From assembly GCA_019114665.1 (NCBI GenBank), contig DXFB01000139.1, positions 1 to 38,605 of the forward strand: a stretch of DNA of 38,605 nucleotides, given 5' to 3'. Shown here one piece after another: positions 36,199 to 38,605 of this stretch; position 1 is the first letter of the stretch, and every line of letters begins with the position of its first letter. The stretch comes from Candidatus Barnesiella excrementipullorum (GTDB lineage: Bacteria; Bacteroidota; Bacteroidia; Bacteroidales; Barnesiellaceae_A). A model generated the notes under the pieces. It was not told the origin of the DNA. It ran no database searches and saw nothing but the letters and a program-made list of their open reading frames with translations. The position numbers and the translations under genes were made by a program.

Positions 36199-36265
36199 AC
36201 AATCATTTTTTAGGATAAGAATTACACTTATACGACGCCTCTCGTCGCTACACGAATAACGGGGG

Positions 36266-36273
36266 CAAAGGTA
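36266..36273 (-). promoter_or_regulatory. -7 promoter box (TACCTTTG) for nrdDG
   Basis: TAnnTTTG match about 68 nt upstream of the nrdD ATG. Confidence 0.55.
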
Positions 36274-36372
36274 TAACTTTTCCCCGGCATATCTTCCTTG
36301 CCGGCACTTAATTTTTTATGACAAAACATATATTTTTCATCACAGCATACTCGCGAGAAAAATATTTTTTGT

Positions 36373-36380
36373 TAACTTTG
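36373..36380 (+). promoter_or_regulatory. -7 promoter box (TAACTTTG) for folK
   Basis: TAnnTTTG match 43 nt upstream of the folK ATG. Confidence 0.55.
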
Positions 36381-36423
36381 TAGCACAAAATAGGCTCTAC
36401 AATACCGTAAAAAGTGTATTTAT

Positions 36424-36894
36424 ATGAAACTTTTTCTCATCGCACTCGGTTCTAATATAGGAGAAAGGAAATCTTATATCATGCACGCCATCGCCGAATT
36501 GTGTATTCGTGCCGGCGAACTGGAAGGGGTCTCGTCGCTCTACGAGACAGCCCCGGACGGCTTCGATTCGCCCCACCCTTTTCTGAATGCCGCCGTTGCG
36601 TTGCGTAGCAATCTCTCGCCCACGGAGATGCTCAGGACCGCCCGCGAAATAGAGATTTCGTTGGGAAGCCTCTCCCATCGCAATCCCGACGGCTCATATA
36701 GCGACCGCACCATCGATATCGACATTCTCGCTTGCGACGACATGATAGTGCAAACCGACGAGCTGACCCTTCCGCACCCGCGGATGCACTTGCGACGGTT
36801 TGTCCTCGACCCGCTTTGCGAAATAGCCCCCCAATGGATACACCCCCTACTGCAAGAGAGTGTCACAACGTTGCGCGACAAACTGACGGAATAA
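36424..36894 (+). CDS. folK: 2-amino-4-hydroxy-6-hydroxymethyldihydropteridine diphosphokinase
   Basis: ALGSNIG, SSLYETAP, FLNA, RTIDIDIL and LPHPRMHLRRFVL. Confidence 0.95.
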   Translation: MKLFLIALGSNIGERKSYIMHAIAELCIRAGELEGVSSLYETAPDGFDSPHPFLNAAVALRSNLSPTEMLRTAREIEISLGSLSHRNPDGSYSDRTIDIDILACDDMIVQTDELTLPHPRMHLRRFVLDPLCEIAPQWIHPLLQESVTTLRDKLTE

Positions 36895-36966
36895 TACCCC
36901 CTCCGCGATGCCGACAGGAGAGCCGCCACCAGCCCCCTTTCCGGATGTAAAAGCACCCCGAAACCG

Positions 36967-37950
36967 TTACAGGTTGTCACAATGCCCGTCGACGCCCTTA
37001 TCCCGAGGCTCGAACAGAGCTGGATTGAGGGCATTTACATTGCGCATCAACCCCTCATATTTCACCCGCTTTACGGCCGAGTGACGGAATATCTGCGCAA
37101 ACTCTTCCCGCGAGAGATGCGACAACCGCTCATAAGAGAGAGACTTCATCTCCTCAGATGGCTGCCAAAGAGCTTCCTCCGCAGGCAAGGCACCCTCATT
37201 ATAGGGACACACCTGCTGGCAGGTATCGCAGCCATATACCCGCATACCCATACGGGCTGCCACCGCGGCGGGCAGCACTCCGCGGTTCTCTATGGTCTGA
37301 CACGACAGGCAGCGACGCGCATCGACAGTCCCATCCTCGCATATCGCATGCGTAGGACAAGCCTCTATGCAACGGCGACAATCGCCGCAACCGCCTGCAA
37401 CAGGCTGTGATGGGGGTAATGACAAAGTGGTAAGAATCTCTCCCAGAAAAAAATAACTGCCGGCTCCGGGCACTATCAGTTGCGAATGACGGCCTATAAA
37501 TCCTATTCCGGCACGCTCTGCCCAATACCGCTCGAAGATAGGCGCAGTATCGCAACACACTCTATTGCGACAGCCTGGCACCTGCTCCATAAATGCGGCA
37601 AGTCTTCCTAAACGCTCGCGCATCACCTCATGATAATCCTGCCCATAGGCATAATAGGCAAAACGAGGATGCCGAGGCGGCAACTCTTCGGCAGGATAAT
37701 AATTCATCGCCACACATATCACCGTATTGGCCCCATCGAGCAGCATGGCCGGGTTGCGGCGCACCTCGCCATACCGTTCCATATAGGACATGCAGGCATG
37801 CTTGCCGCTCTCTACCCACCTGCTCCATGTCTCTATCACGGCGGCAGGAACATCGCAGGCAGGGGCAAAGCCGCATACGGCAAAGCCCAACTTCTGCGCC
37901 TCTCTCCGTATGGAAGAGGCGAGGTCAGAGGGTGTCAAAGAGAAATCCAT
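36967..37950 (-). CDS. queG: tRNA epoxyqueuosine(34) reductase QueG
   Basis: YAYGQDYH, CDTAPIFER..A.RAGIG, GSYFFLGE, CGDCRRCIEACPT and YGCDTCQQVCP. Confidence 0.95.
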   Translation of the reverse strand: MDFSLTPSDLASSIRREAQKLGFAVCGFAPACDVPAAVIETWSRWVESGKHACMSYMERYGEVRRNPAMLLDGANTVICVAMNYYPAEELPPRHPRFAYYAYGQDYHEVMRERLGRLAAFMEQVPGCRNRVCCDTAPIFERYWAERAGIGFIGRHSQLIVPGAGSYFFLGEILTTLSLPPSQPVAGGCGDCRRCIEACPTHAICEDGTVDARRCLSCQTIENRGVLPAAVAARMGMRVYGCDTCQQVCPYNEGALPAEEALWQPSEEMKSLSYERLSHLSREEFAQIFRHSAVKRVKYEGLMRNVNALNPALFEPRDKGVDGHCDNL

Positions 37951-38533
37951 TATCAAGCAGCCACTCTAAGGAACGCGGCAAAGCATAGCGCAGATTCTTC
38001 TCTGCCTTGATAGAGTCGTGAAAGACGATGATAGAGCCGTTCCGCGCATACCGCTGTACATTGGCAACCACCTCTTCTCCCGTGAGATGGCGACTGTAAT
38101 CGCGTGTCACCACATCCCACATCACGATGGTATACCGCTCCTGCAATGCGGCTGCCTGCCGGGGCAGCAGATGCCCATGCGGGGGACGGAACAGACGGCT
38201 TTTTATCAAATCGTCGGCCTTCGACACGTTATGCAGATATTCGTCGGTACTCATCTTTATCCCCTGCACATGACTCATCGTGTGGTTTCCCACCTGATGA
38301 CCATTGGCACGCAGCATGTCGAACAGTCGCGGATTGCGCGCCACATTATCGCCGACACAAAAAAAAGTGGCTCTCACGCCGTAGCGTGCCAGCACTTCGA
38401 GCACCCACGGGGTTACTTGCGGCACAGGACCGTCGTCAAAAGTAAGATATACCGTCTTGCGCACCTGCGGCATACGCCATATCGCCTCAGGGAAAAGCAT
38501 GCGATACGGATAGGGAGGACGTTCTATAAACAT
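37925..38533 (-). CDS. Polysaccharide deacetylase (CE4/NodB family)
   Basis: YLTFDDGP, ATFF, GNHTMSH, FRPPHG and IIVFHD. Starts MFIERPP at 38533. Confidence 0.93.
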   Translation of the reverse strand: MFIERPPYPYRMLFPEAIWRMPQVRKTVYLTFDDGPVPQVTPWVLEVLARYGVRATFFCVGDNVARNPRLFDMLRANGHQVGNHTMSHVQGIKMSTDEYLHNVSKADDLIKSRLFRPPHGHLLPRQAAALQERYTIVMWDVVTRDYSRHLTGEEVVANVQRYARNGSIIVFHDSIKAEKNLRYALPRSLEWLLDNGFLFDTL

Positions 38534-38590
38534 CTTGGTATTCAAAAAACAGCGGCGTGTCCTTCTCTTCATCCGACACACCGCTGTAAC

Positions 38591-38605
38591 TTATTTCATC
38601 ATTAC
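38591..38605 (-). CDS. Possible 3' end of a gene beyond the window (..VMMK*)
   Basis: The minus strand reads GTA ATG ATG AAA TAA at the window edge, too short to verify. Confidence 0.2.
   Translation of the reverse strand, partial: VMMK

Noticed and set aside
36199-36423. NrdR box or cobalamin riboswitch upstream of nrdD
   Set aside because: There is no convincing tandem NrdR box or B12-box motif. The region is explained by two divergent -7 boxes and short hairpins.

Overview
Chromosomal backbone of a Bacteroidales-type bacterium. This is inferred from the gene repertoire, the recurring TAnnTTTG promoter boxes and the AT-rich start regions without Shine-Dalgarno sequences. About 30 CDS, left to right: secDF (5'-truncated); prfB with the classic +1 programmed frameshift; a long-chain acyl-CoA ligase; dut-TPR-DUF4292-EnvC-like; a small surface-glycan cluster (GNAT/FemAB-like, Wzx, three glycosyltransferases); an M20/ArgE-like protein; dGTPase-TPM-dgkA-recF-DUF721-thioesterase; SIS isomerase with a PfkB kinase; a DEAD-box helicase; a four-gene envelope module (beta-barrel, imelysin lipoprotein, di-haem DHOR lipoprotein, fused CcsBA); nrdDG; folK; queG; and a polysaccharide deacetylase. 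I saw no rRNA, tRNA, CRISPR array, transposase or phage genes. The best leads are: (1) the barrel-imelysin-di-haem cytochrome-CcsBA module, a candidate redox-coupled metal (iron) uptake system; (2) an intact M20 peptidase homologue that has lost nearly all metal ligands, a candidate pseudoenzyme; and (3) an apparent 1-nt deletion at the 3' end of a glycosyltransferase. All family calls come from motif recognition by eye, and no database searches were run.
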